A stretch of DNA of 64,000 nt from Octopus vulgaris (Eukaryota). This document shows positions 28,507-41,575 of this stretch, piece after piece; position 1 is the stretch's first letter, and each line of letters begins with the position of its first letter. Both the position numbers and the translations under genes were made by a program. Where the stretch lies: the NCBI GenBank assembly GCA_951406725.2, contig OX597828.1, positions 2,046,001 through 2,110,000 of the forward strand. Reading direction: 5' to 3'. The notes under the pieces were generated by a model. That model saw only the letters and a list, made by a program, of their open reading frames with translations. It was not told the origin of the DNA and did no database searches.

Positions 28507-30649
28507 ATGAACAAAGAAAGTCTAAATATCTCTGAACAATAGGAGATAATAAAGATTGCTCTGACTTTTACTGAATGATAAAAAAAGTTTGTTTTCCGTT
28601 ATTTTCTTATAACAATTTAAATGGCCATTTTGCTTTCTTATTTGCAATGTTTATCTTTCAGTGTATTAATATATGAAATTGTAAATAATTCTAAGTACAA
28701 CCTAACTATACATAAACAACTCAAAGTCTGCACTGTCTATCTGTACATATACTTCCACATATTTTGTAATCTGTGCGTGTTTAGTTTGGCCAAGATGGTT
28801 GTGCTATAACCCCTGTTGTTGTTAGTTAGAAACGCCACCGATTTATAAAAATATCCATATTATTTTCCTTATAGTTTACAGAAGGATAGCCTAAGAAATT
28901 TCTGTGTTACCTCATAGGAGTCTAAGGGAAAATGTTATGTTCAGTGTTCAAGCGTTAAAATACTCACTTACACACTGTTACAAATGTAAATGATCAATTT
29001 TACTGATTGGAATAAATTATATGAATATTATCGTTGATAATTAGTGTGGCAATGGAATGAACCAGCTTTCATTGTAACAGACGTCTAAAGAACTATAATC
29101 CATTTTATGTCTTACTACAATTCATTTCATATTTCATATTATATATGACAATGGACAACGAGTAAAGAAGGAAATTTTGCATCGTCACTAGTCGTGAAAA
29201 GTGGGGAGGAAAGGGATAAAGTAGCTTGAAATGTACATTGACTGGACACTGACAGGATTGTCATGGTGAGAGTGCCTTAGCTCATATATTTTTTCTGTGA
29301 AGAATGAGTTGGGGTTAAACAAATACCCGTTTTGCTTTTCTCTTGTTACAAATTCAAAGAGATATTGCTAGCAGTAAGGTATCTGCCAATAATTACTATT
29401 TGTTAATAGAACGGGATACTTAGAATATTTTTTATTCTTTTTTCTTTCAAAAACACATAGACTGTAAACACACGTGGAAATCAAACGGACTAATTAAATT
29501 ACTAATATCTATAACTATCTATAACTCGCACAAAATTACTATTCTTTAAATATTATTTCAGGATTCTCAAAACTCAGTAATACTGGATTGGGTTTGGAAT
29601 TTGCAAGGAAAGATTCCATTGCATTATATTCCGAAATCAGTTAGTATTCAACGAGTTAACATTGACTAATTAACAGTTCAAAGGTTACAATCACTGAGTT
29701 TTAAATTTTGAGAACGATAAAAGTGTAAGACTTAAGAATGTTGTTTAGCTTCCATCACATTCAAGCAAATGCATTTTAAACAAAATCTCCTATTGAAGTT
29801 ACCTCCAAATATATGCCGTTTCCCTCCTGAACATAACTGACCATAGATCCGACGGTCATTCGTAAATCATGCTAAAGATTATATTTAAAACATGCATCAA
29901 ATAAAAGCCTTCATTACCCATTTGCCCTTTAACAGAGTTGGAATGCACCATATAAGACGTATATCACACATCTCGATTTAATTTTACTATGACCCTTACA
30001 TGCTGTTGACTTTCTAAGTACAACTTCTATTTATCTGAAATGAAGAGAAGTAATATGTGTATGTATAGGTGCGTGTGTTCGTGCGTGTAAGTGAGAGACA
30101 ACAGTCAACAAGTTAGAATGAACGAGGTTACAAAGAGCACCTTGGCAATATTTACATTTCTTCATCAATTAAAAGGTCATACTAACAAGGAAGATATTGA
30201 TCTTTTTACCTTCCAAGGCAGGCATTTTCACGCCTACAACAAATATTTAATCTATTTAATCGCCCCTTCATCAACTAGTAGTGACTGCGTCATATGTTTC
30301 CTTTATTAAATCTCTTTTCCCTGCGAGATTACTAGGAATTTATTTATTCTATTTGCCTATTTTATTTTAGAGTATTTTCATCGAATTAATTATATCACCC
30401 TATGTATTAAAATATCATCACGATTTATTACAAGTTTCTTCTGTAGGCATTAATCCGGGGAGGTTTACAGGGAAAGATGAAATAGACTATGGAAGCTTTG
30501 ACACATTTCTCAGGGGCATTTGGTAGCGTGAACTGTAATGATATATTCGCCGCAACGTAATCTGTAAATTGATTTCTAGCAAATAACAAAATCAAGTATA
30601 GTTTATGGTGACCCTTGTATGCCACTACACACACTAACACATAAACACA

Positions 30650-30691
<42 letters not shown>

Positions 30692-31255
30692 TTATGTGTG
30701 TGTGTGCGTGTGCAACATACATACACACATACATACAAATACATATATGCAGAGGCGTGAAGCAAACTCAGCTTCAATTTCAGTTTCAAATATATGTATG
30801 TATGTATATATGCTAATACACTCGCGCGCGCACACACGCTCGCACACATATAAGGATGGATGGAGAGATTGATGAATGTATAACTAAGTATAGCTTGTGC
30901 GCGTACGTATGTATGATTGTAGGCGTATTAAAACCGAATGTTGAAGAACGTTATTTTGCAAAGACGATGAGCGGTTCCGATTCGGCTACTTGGCATTTTG
31001 GGAAGGTTTTAATTTCTATAGTCTCGGGTTGAACTATTCTTTATGAGTGAAACTGGGTAGAGGGTAACTATGGCAGTCCGGCGGATTGATTGTAGCAGTA
31101 ATTCAAGGGTAGACCTTTGTCATATTGTGACCAAACAACTACGGTTGGAAACTCTGACCAAATTTATCTAATGCATGCATATGCTTACAATTAGATGAAT
31201 TTGTGGGTGTGTGTGTGTATGCATGTAGATATATAAAAATGTGTATGTATGTATA

Positions 31256-31400
31256 GGTGCAGGAGTGGCTATACGGTTCCGGGTTCAGTCCTACTGCGTG
31301 GAACTTTGGTCAAGTGTCTTCTGCGATAGCCTTGGGCCAACCAAGGCCTTGTGAGTAGATTTGGTAGACAGAAACTCAAAGAAGACCATCGTGCGTATAC
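31256..31400 (+). mobile_element. tRNA-derived SINE 5' part
   Basis: ggtgcaggagtggct..ggttccgggttcagtcc...gccttgtgagtagatttggtagac. Confidence 0.8.
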
Positions 31401-31448
31401 ACACAGACACACACACACACACACACACACATACATACACACACACAG

Positions 31449-31546
<98 letters not shown>

Positions 31547-31559
31547 CCTTGAACTCTTG

Positions 31560-31920
31560 ATCTTGAACTCTGCTGTGCATGCGCACTAATTTTTAACGTC
31601 CTAGCTCACTTCCGCTGTTTACAGCAGTGATTGGAAGGAAGGTGTGTAGCGTGTGATCGTCGTGCTGACCATGATAGAGGAAGTTGAGCAGAGAATTTGC
31701 ATCAGATTTTGCCAAAAGCTTGGTGATACTTGCTCAGAGGCCTATGCAAAGTTTTCAAAAAGTTTTCATCATTCTCGACAAAATCAAGGAGATCTTATGC
31801 AACTGAAACCCTTTTTGGTCAGCTGAAAGCGGTTTGGCCACAAACTTAGCAGACACGCGTCTTATAACCAAATCTTTAGTGATAATGGACTGAACTAAAC
31901 CGTAACTAATTCATTCACAC
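31560..31920 (+). mobile_element. mariner remnant (transposase N-terminus)
   Basis: 31671 onward reads MIEEVEQRICIRFCQKLGDTCSEAYAK, a mariner HTH start. Confidence 0.6.
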
Positions 31921-33324
31921 CAACTCCAAAACCCCAACAGATCATATTAAATATACTGAAGAATTTCGTACAAAACTCTAGCTACAGGAAATCTCCAAAA
32001 AGAAGGCTTACGAAGATCCGCCATGTGTAAGAAATTAAAAAGTAAAATGGGAATTTAAACTTCCGATGAACAGAAATATACAATTAAAGGAATATATAAC
32101 ATGCCTGAAAGGGCCTCTAGGTTCAAGTCTTCGAGCAGGACATTTAAAATCAAACATTACAAATGAAGAGCAAACGCACTGGAATATTTGCAGAAAGATT
32201 AAATATATATATGCACACATAGAAATATACATATGCAAATACACATACACAAACACACACAAAAGGAGGAGCCATAGTAATAATGAATGAAATTCATTAC
32301 AAGGAAATGGTCTTAGGACAACTAAATGAACAACATTTAGAAAAATTATAGGATCTCCAAGCACTATTTGTAAATATTCCCTAACTGTCTAATTTAAAAT
32401 CACTTCCAAATGTTACAGTCAACGTCAAGCACTTTACGATTAAGCAATTGACCCGGCATAATTTTGAAACTCTTATGCTAATTGGTTCCTAATTTCATGA
32501 AAGACGATCCTTGTTATTTTCGACATCACCAGTTTCTGCAAAATATCTCCTAGTGATAAGATTTGGAAGCAGTAGAATTCACTCATATAGAATTCAGGAG
32601 AAATTTCAAAATATTTTCTACTACATGTGTTAAGATTGGCATTAGAAGGCATTTACATTTTCTCTGATAATCAATATTACCTTCAGATAAAATGAATTAC
32701 AACAGGAATATAAGTTTTATCCAGTTTTGCAATACTAGTCATGAGATCTAGGATTATTTTGTAACAGAAGTAAGATCTTACGCCGACACTTAAATTTTAG
32801 ATCTTGTCATCCATTTAATACGAAAAGAAATATCCAATTTAATATGGCAATTCCATGGTTACAGATTCAAGGAGAAGAGGGAGAAGACTGATAGAACTTT
32901 AAAAATTCTACTAGGAACAAATTTTTTTAAAAATCTCGGTAAATGATGTCCAAATTCCTCACTTCGTAATGTTCTCTGTTTTGAATAAATAGACATTTGT
33001 GCAAAGAGAGAATTTAAAATATTCCCTTTTCTAAAATAAATAAATATTCAACTTCGAAAAGCGAAAGAACAAGACATTCTAAGAATTCTAAATCCAAATC
33101 TAAACCGCAAATATTCAATATCGCTATTAAAAACAACTATATCTATATGGATTACCGCATAACTGAGTTTGAAAATCTGAAAAGAGAGAAAAGCCCTTTG
33201 CATGAAAACTTCTAAAAGATCTGTATCGGTCAGTTTCTTGCAGAAATTTTGGTATAGTTGATAATTTTCAGATATGACTATGAAACTTAGCAAAGCAAAG
33301 TTGCGTCCCGAGTCATATAAACTC

Positions 33325-33522
33325 ATAGGTCTGGTTTCCCGGTCTCCATAGAGTATATGTTACCCATCTGGACGGGACGCCGGTCCATCACAGGATTACT
33401 CATTTTCATCAACTGAGTGAACTGGGACAACATGAAATAAAGTGTTCGCCCGGTCAAGGAATCGAAACGACAATCTTACGATTACGAGTCAAAGACCCTA
33501 ACCACTAAGCCACGCGCCTCCC
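33325..33522 (-). mobile_element. tRNA-derived SINE (ggaggcgcgtggcttagtggttaggg family)
   Basis: Minus-strand A box tggcttagtgg and B box gtttcgattcc. A related fragment lies at ~26850-27000. Confidence 0.8.
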
Positions 33523-35111
33523 CTATGGTTACGTGACTTAATAGAAATAATTTTTTGAAAATTTAAAATTTAATTTATTATTGTCATTATAGATATATTT
33601 CTTTCCAAATACATTCAAAGTTGTAAGTCTGAAATAATAGAAATTTATTAGTGACGTATGACAAAATTTTTTCCATTGTAACTAATACTAGTGAAGACCA
33701 TTTAAGGTAAGACATTGAGTGCTTATGTTGTTCCGGAGCGAAATTTAAATAGCACGTAGTATATGCTTAGACATAGAGATAAAATTAAAACAAACAATAC
33801 TTAACATGTCGCTATTGAGAAGCAGTGATTAAACTAAATGCTTGCCTGCAATACTACTTCTTTAACATGAAATATAATTATAGGTCGGATATCTACGAAG
33901 GACCATCTCCATATGTATACATACATATGTGTGTGTATGTGTGTGTGTATTTGTGTGTGTGTTTGTGTGTGTGTAAAACTGACATAGATTTACATATACA
34001 TACACACATGTATATATATATGTACACACACACACACATATATTTATATATGTATGTGTGTCTGCGTGTGTATGTGTGTGTGTGTGTGTGTGCATTTCAT
34101 TGCTGTATATCTTGGGTAACCATTTATACTGCATGAACTTCAGGATTTAAATATGAAATAACTTTCTTGAATTAAAAAGGAAACTGTCGACCTGATGTAA
34201 CTTGATACGTTATTAACAGGGTGGAGTACCATTATTGTTTATCAAGTGAATAGAAATGGGTCGTTCTCACATTCAGGCCTTTCCCAAAATACTTTGGTGA
34301 CTAACATAGTTTGAATTGAATTTAATTTTATGTGAAATAAACTGGAATAAAGAACTTGTTCAAATTTCTACCAAATTTGCTTCAGTTAGCTGATAAACAT
34401 ACAATTTGTTATATTTCGGTATTTACATGTCTAATGGGCGTAGTACCGTAAGGATAAAATTATTTATTTGGTTTCTACACCATATCGAAAAACTTCCCTT
34501 CGTTAAGGTCTTTAAATTAAAGAAGAAATGTCAAACATTCCCATTTCGGCTACGAGACTACCATATATTAGCTATTCATGTTCTAATCGCCTCCACTGCC
34601 CGAAGATCGGAGACAAAGCTCGGAGTAAAGTGCCGTTCATAGCTTCTTACTATCTCACACATCATGATTGATAGATTGATGGCTACATAGACACATAGAT
34701 ACATACATATTACTTCTTCCTCTTGCTTCTTTCCCATTCTTTTTCCTCTCTTCTCCATTCCTTATTCACAAACATACTAATATGTATATAATGAGAGAAG
34801 AAAAAGGAAAGGAGAGATGCTTTCGAAAATAATGATGGAATCAAGAATAACATCTTGAATTCTAATTAAATTTCAATTGGTTGACTGCATCGATACAATA
34901 CAATTGAAAAGAAGCTTCTCTATCTATGTCTTTCCCCTTCGTTTTTTCTTCTTCCTCATTTTTTCTTATCTTTCCCATCCTTCTTCCTAAAATTGGCATT
35001 TTGAAAGGTCATTCAGCCATTACCTTCTGTCCTTCTCCTTTCCTTGTTCAGAAACATGTCAATATGTATATAATGAGAAAACGTGTATATTTTCAAATAT
35101 GTTGATAGGTA

Positions 35112-36180
35112 TACACTGAACCACAATAGAAACGCGATTTTTTCAAATGTCATTTTAATATGGTAAATTTTGAAAATTTATTCGGCAAGGTAACTCGCGC
35201 TTCTCTGCCGGTGACGAGGGTTCCACCTCGTCATTCTATAGAGGGCTGGTAGAAGCAAAGTGTGACTATGATCTGGGGAAAACCCTGGGCTTCGACGAAG
35301 GTCAGCTTGCTAGTTTGCTCCGAAGGACATTCGGGACGGGGTCTTTGGACAGCCTCCAAAGGTCTCTGGCTTGGCAATGTTGCCGAGAGTCCTCACCAGT
35401 TCGAGATAAGCTCGCAAGGTATGGTTATTCATGCCGGCCCACTTGCCCAAGATGCGAGCAGTGATACTGTTCAGCACGCTATTGTGCAGTGCCAAAAAAT
35501 TTCGGAAATATAAGTATATGTCGGACGGCTGCAGTCACGTCTGGGAAGAGTACAGCTGTCTTCCGAGTCGATTATAAAGATTATTCCACCATCCACCTTG
35601 AATAAGGAAGGCAAGGGTGTGTTTTCTCGCTGTAGGAGCATTGGCGAAAGAGGCTGTCTGGAGGGGAGTGGCGACGAGTGTTCAACCTGTTTGTTTTCCA
35701 TCTTAAAAGGAAACTAAGGCTGGAGAAGAGACACTTGTCGCCCGTTATATATAGCAAAAGATGGAAGGAAGTGATGTGGAGCGAATGAAGCCGCGTGAGT
35801 GTAAAAGATAAAGGAAATTAAAAGGTTCAGTGGTTCCGGGCTTATGAGGTCGAACCCATCATCCACTCCATTGTGTTGTTTTTAGTGTTGCCCGGTCATT
35901 CGTTTATATAATTCGTAAATTTTTAACCGGTCATTTTTAATGTTTTATCATTCGATCCCCGACCACACTCATCTTGTGTCGTCTTCTCTGTATGGCAGTA
36001 ATAAAATCAATTCGTAATTTGGACGCATCAATTATGAGCCGATTGTCAGAGAGAACACGCTATCGACCGATTTCAAGCAGGGTTGCATGTCCTGGGTGCT
36101 GAGATAGCTTATACTGTCCATGTCAGCACCATCTATCGCCTGCAACAGCAATACAACAACACCACCAGCACTGCAGAGGT
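35112..36180 (+). mobile_element. probable Tc1-like remnant interrupted by a Tx1/L1-clade 3' fragment (~35185-36005)
   Basis: The insert matches the C-terminus of the 49127-53036 element (ggaagagtacagctgtc..gagtc.attataaa.att, C..C..H..C zinc motif, aataaa end). The flanks have a tacactgaac TIR-like start and an MSRLSE.. start, which is weak evidence for Tc1. Confidence 0.6.
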
Positions 36181-36279
36181 ATATATAATGTAATATATAA
36201 AATTGGTACTATTGAGTTAGACATGGCCTGGGCCTATACTGGCCAAAACCTATCACAGTTATATATAATGTAATATATA

Positions 36280-36324
<45 letters not shown>

Positions 36325-36438
36325 AATATGATATAATATATATATAATGTAATATATAATATATATATGTATATATGATATAACATATATATATAATACA
36401 TATATAATATAATATATATAATGTAATATAATATATAC

Positions 36439-36494
<56 letters not shown>

Positions 36495-36619
36495 CATGCT
36501 GATACCTGAACTATGTTGGACAATAAAAACACACGCACTATATATTTAACGTTAATTTGCTTCACCTTTATTCTATTTTTTACATTAATCTTCAGTATCG
36601 TCGGTGATGTGGCCAACCT

Positions 36620-36920
36620 TTTCATGGTATAATATGCATAGCAAGTAACGTGATCTGAGATCGCGTGCTAAAACAAAAACAATTGCAGCGTTGAAGGTGT
36701 TTATAAGCCATTTAAAAACACACAAAACCAATAGATTAACTTCAACATTTAAAATTTAAGTTGCTAAAATATTTTCGTCGCTTTGAGACTGCGACCTACT
36801 CACTGACAAAATTCCGTGCAGCACGGAATATTTTGGTAACTTCAATTTAAAAGTTGAAATGAATCTAACGGTTTTTGTGTGTTTTTAAATAGCTTATAAA
36901 CACCGTCCACGCTGTAATTA
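36620..36920. mobile_element. inverted PLE pLTR-like pair
   Basis: ~36680-36773 is imperfectly mirrored by ~36826-36919, with the central hairpin ttccgtgc-a-gcacggaa. Confidence 0.7.
36761..36809 (-). ncRNA. hammerhead-like motif with G3/U8 core variant
   Basis: ttgtca-GTGAGTA-g-GTCGC-agtctcaaa-GCGAC-GAAA-atat-TT-tagcaa: perfect 5-bp stem II, palindrome AATATT, imperfect stem I. Confidence 0.45.
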
Positions 36921-36924
36921 TATA

Positions 36925-36990
<66 letters not shown>

Positions 36991-38839
36991 TGCTAAATTT
37001 TTCTGAAGAAATGTTCTGAAGAAAAATTTAGCAAACACCAGAACGTAAGCAAGCAAGACAAATGAAAAGCAACAAAATATAGATTATTACATACATGCTT
37101 CACTATTAAATTTGAATTCTCCAACCGGCAAAAGCCAAGTCTGACCTCGTGTACACGTCCTCGTATATAGTTCTGCAAATTATATTTGTATGGACGGTCA
37201 CACTGAAGATCTATGGATAAATTGAGTAAGTAAAATTACGTAATCTATTAAATTATGTAATCTCTATAATAAATGTATAATTGATTTGATTTTTCTGGTC
37301 TTAACATCCAGATTGTAAGAATATAAGTAATTTGACGACAGTTTTTTTTTTTGTAATTGGCTCTCCTGTTGCAGGTTCAATCTGACGAATATTGAAATTA
37401 TACCCATCTTGTCCATTCCACAGAATAAGAGGATAATAGTGAGCATGATAAGAGGGATGAATCTGTGAAACACATTGAAGGTTGTTATCTCGAACACGAA
37501 TGAGAATATCACGATTTTCATGGGGATCACCTACTATAAGTATAGCTACTTCATTAGGTGTGGACTCATTAAAACGGCGTAAAATGTCCTTTATTATAGT
37601 TTACTATAGACGTAGCGAATGTGGAAACACACGCACACAAACTTACAACCACATAGATACTCATAGAATTGATAATATTGAAAACAGCAAAATGTACACA
37701 CACAAAGTTCAAGCGAGACGAAATGTAGTCAATATAGGTTCATAACATACTTTTTGTAGCATTTTTTAAGGGACATTTCCAAAAGAAATATTCCAGCGTT
37801 GGAAAGTCACCAATTTATCAAAAGTTTCTATGCGCTACCAATGTAACAAAGTACAGAAAGTCAAAATTTTTTGGAGCACGTACTAAATATTATAAAATTC
37901 ATAATTGAATGAATTTCACGGTGAAGAAAGTGAAGATCCAAGAAAATTTAAAAGACATAATTCAATTTTTCATACAAAAATAATTTATTATTTTACAATA
38001 TTGAAACAAACGCTGAGCAAAATGTATACGAAGGAATTTGTTGCTGTTGTGAACGTTAATTAATCTAAAACATTTGCTGAAGGGTGTATGTAGCAAGACA
38101 TAAATTAATTTGACATTATTATATATTTTAACTGTGTGAGGTTATAGGCTGTAGAATAAATACTAACTAACACAGTAAAAATGTCGTATGACGTTGATAA
38201 AACAGTATATGCGATAAGGAGGCTAGGACTGTTAAACTGGTTATACGGAGTGAAATAACATTTCTGTAATTATATTGAAAGAGCCGCTAAGGCTTTCTAC
38301 CTCGCCAAATTTGTGGATTTGTTATAAAAACCAGGAGATTTTTCCAGATATATTTGTGAATATTGTGAGTGCTGTCAAATCAGCCAAATCTTCATGTTGG
38401 TTATAAAAACAAAAATAATATTTTAGCACATAAATAGTGATAATCGTTAATGCTGTTTAAGCCGCAAATATCCATGATGAAGAAGAACATTCAAACACTG
38501 GTACTTCAAAGCGAACTCTGTTGTCCGTTCAACGTCCAGGCCGCAACTAAACTAAAATCTTTCAAAATTGGTGCGTTTCAGTGTTTCGCGGTACAGCCAC
38601 ATACATATATACTAAGACAGACACACAGAGACATACATTCATGCACATCTCAGTCACGATAGGTGACTAAAAGCAAAATTATAATGTTTAAGTTTTGTAA
38701 TGCATATATGTAAAGGAAAGTAAAATTCATTTGGAAGCTGAAAGATTATTGAATCTTTTGTTAACCCATATGTCAAAATCGGCAGATCAGCTTTCGAATG
38801 TATAAGGAACATACGCACACAAACACATATACAAACTCT

Positions 38840-38902
<63 letters not shown>

Positions 38903-39094
38903 CATTTAAAGAAAACAGCTTTAAATTTTGATTCTTGATAGACCCATGTTTATCCTTGTCTTTACCTATAACTTATGAATATGTTTGCATATGTATGTCC
39001 ATGGTTAAATATAGGTAATATACCGGTAGCGTAACATATACTTCTATCCCTTACACAGTTATTTTAACCTCTAACTCAAAACTAACCTTTAACC

Positions 39095-39185
<91 letters not shown>

Positions 39186-39226
39186 GGAATTAAATCCGAA
39201 ATCTGCCGAAGCAGAACCAGTCCTTA

Positions 39227-39262
39227 CTGATGAGACAACGGAAATTGTCGAAACAATTTCCA
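39227..39262 (+). ncRNA. partial hammerhead core in a hairpin-dense segment
   Basis: CTGATGA-GACAA-cggaaa-TTGTC-GAAAC; stems I and III not resolved. Confidence 0.35.
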
Positions 39263-39529
39263 ACAATATAGGTGTTTCTAACACTCTAGTCGCATTTAGT
39301 GACAATTATAGTTTTCATTTTAGTGAAATATTGCAAACTGCTGTATATTTTAATTTTATATATAAGTTTCACTCAGCTACATATCAAGTTTTTGTGATGG
39401 TTTCTAAATGCTAAGTGTTCGTTTAGGTCACGTAATGCAAATACTGTGGGAGCCCATGTACTCGTTCAAAAAGCTGTCCGGGGAATTTAGATGAACCGAC
39501 ACCTGTCCTTGAATTTTTAAGCTTGCTCC

Positions 39530-39632
39530 TTATTCTATAACTTTCTTTTGCTGAACCGCTAAGCTAGGAGACGTAGACACACAAACACCGGTTGTCAGGC
39601 GGTGCTGATGGACAAATGTAGGCAGAAAGAGA

Positions 39633-39714
<82 letters not shown>

Positions 39715-39870
39715 AATGATAGGCTTCTTTCAGTCTCTATCTACCAAATCCACTCGCAAGGCTTTAGTTGACTCGAGGCTATAGTAGAAGACACTTGACC
39801 AAGGTGTCATGCAGAGGGCCTGAACTGGAACCATGTGGTTGGTAAATAAACTTCTGATCACACAGCCAAA
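39530..39870 (-). mobile_element. tRNA-derived SINE with internal (CA)n
   Basis: Reverse complement of the ggctgtgtg..aaccacatggttccagttcag family. Confidence 0.75.
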
Positions 39871-39949
39871 AAAACATAATCGAGTGTTTGGAAGACAATA
39901 GGGAAAACGTGTATATAGTAAGTATGAAATCTTAATGCAGAAGAACTTC

Positions 39950-40330
39950 ATAATTCAATACTTAATATTGACAATAGAGACAATCTGAACTTTTAGGACA
40001 AAAGATATGTCAATAATAGGCTTAACCGATTATATAATTGTAAAAATCGTCTAAAGTACCCATTGGTTGGCCAATGCTAGAGAAAGGAAACTTAGTGTAT
40101 AAATGTTCTGTGGCAACAAAGGAATGCAATTACTGTTAGGCAGCTGCTTGCGCAACTGATTTTAAGTCAAGAAAATATGATCACGTTTCCTCGTTTGAAT
40201 GAAAGAAAAAAAACTTAATTCCGTTATGGTAATTTGTCTAGAGTCTCAAAGAGTGGAATGTTAAGTATGATATTAAGTGATCTACAAGTAGTGCACTACC
40301 GTATAATGGAAACTGAAGAGAGAGACTACA
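39950..40330 (+). mobile_element. degenerate PLE GIY-YIG fragment
   Basis: Reads in pieces as NCKNRLKYPLVGQC...NLVYKCSV, paralleling the CxCR..CPL.G.C...N.IY.C motif upstream of PLE GIY-YIG. Confidence 0.5.
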
Positions 40331-40435
40331 TATCCTTACATCCAAATCAATCATCTAATTTATTTTATCTAATTATTTTAACCATCTTATTTATCTAATT
40401 ATTATAACTGTTATTATTATTATTGTTGCTGTTAA

Positions 40436-40560
40436 GGTAGTGAGTTGGCAGAATCGTTCGCAGGCCAGGCAAAATGCCTAGCGGTATTTCGTCCGTTTCA
40501 TCATTGCGTTTCATCATTTCCGAATCGATGAAATACGTATCAGTTGAGGTCGATGTAAGA
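40436..40560 (+). mobile_element. degenerate SINE (ggcggcgagctggcag family)
   Basis: ggtagtgagttggcagaatcgtt...gcggtatttcgtc. Confidence 0.7.
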
Positions 40561-41204
40561 ATCTACAGAGAGAACATCAGACAAAAAGAATTACGCAAGT
40601 TTCCGCTAAGTGATCATCTTGAAATATTTGGAGACAGCAAGTTCATGATCTTTCCCCTCTAAAAGTGTCCAAGGGATGACTCTAAATACCGGAAGGCAAT
40701 GGAAATGCATTTTATCAAAACTTCTTACCTAAACCAAACGTTTAAAAAGTTTGGGCAATATCTATAGCAAGGATAATATCTGTTGACACTCATTGACATT
40801 GGGCAAGATATGGACATTATTTTACAGAGTTACCTCATACAAGTACTATACCTAACTTTTGCGGAAAATGTGGTTGGATTTACACATGGTTTGTGAGGGA
40901 AATAATGGAAAGCAAGTAGTTGAATACTCCCTTTTGACCTTCTGTAAGCATATCATTTTTGTGTAAGAGTTATCGACATTGGAGCCAATGTATGTTTACT
41001 TTTTAAACCCGATTTGTATCCTTTGCATTTCTTTCATACGTTATAATCGTGACTGCATCTATACTTGCTTAAATCTCTCGTGAATGACTCTTTCAATCCA
41101 CGACTAACACTCAGAACACTTTCGTGGTATATAATATATATGCATACATACAAACCAGCAGACCATCCTGGTTTTGGGCTATTTCTGCTATTCCTCAGTC
41201 GCTG

Positions 41205-41575
41205 ATCTTGCAACAAGCAAAGAAGCTACTTATAAAATCTCTGTAAGAGATGAACGCAGTAACTGTACATGCAGTCGCTTGAATTTCTATATATTGCGAA
41301 CAGATGTGAGCTACTGTCATCTCTAGCAGACGGAGTGTCCAGCAATGAGGAAGGGCAGAAATAGCCCGAAACCAAGCTGATCTGCTGGTCCCGTCGCTAC
41401 AAGGTGTTCGCAATATATCGGATGCAGATTGCTGCGTTAACCAGCTAGAGGAAATGTCCTCTTGAGGTTTAAAAACTCGCAGTAACGTCCGTTCGAACGG
41501 AACAGCATTTCTTGCCAGTACAGTTACTGCGTTCATCTCTTACAGAGATTTTATAATTAGCTTCTTTGCTTGTTA
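41205..41575. mobile_element. ~370-bp element with ~57-bp inverted ends and a central decayed hammerhead-like motif
   Basis: 41212-41268 is the reverse complement of 41519-41575. 41340-41379 reads cagca-ATGAGGA-a-GGGC-agaaata-GCCC-GAAA-ccaa-gctg. Confidence 0.6.

Noticed and set aside
37130-37480. Possible exon pair (ga|gtaagt donor ~37225, ttgcag| acceptor ~37376)
   Set aside because: All three frames after the acceptor stop quickly; no supporting homology.
38462-38550. Plausible-looking peptide ANIHDEEEHSNTGTSKRTLLSVQRPGRN* as a terminal exon
   Set aside because: Weak acceptor (AAG, poor pyrimidine tract), short, no recognisable homology.
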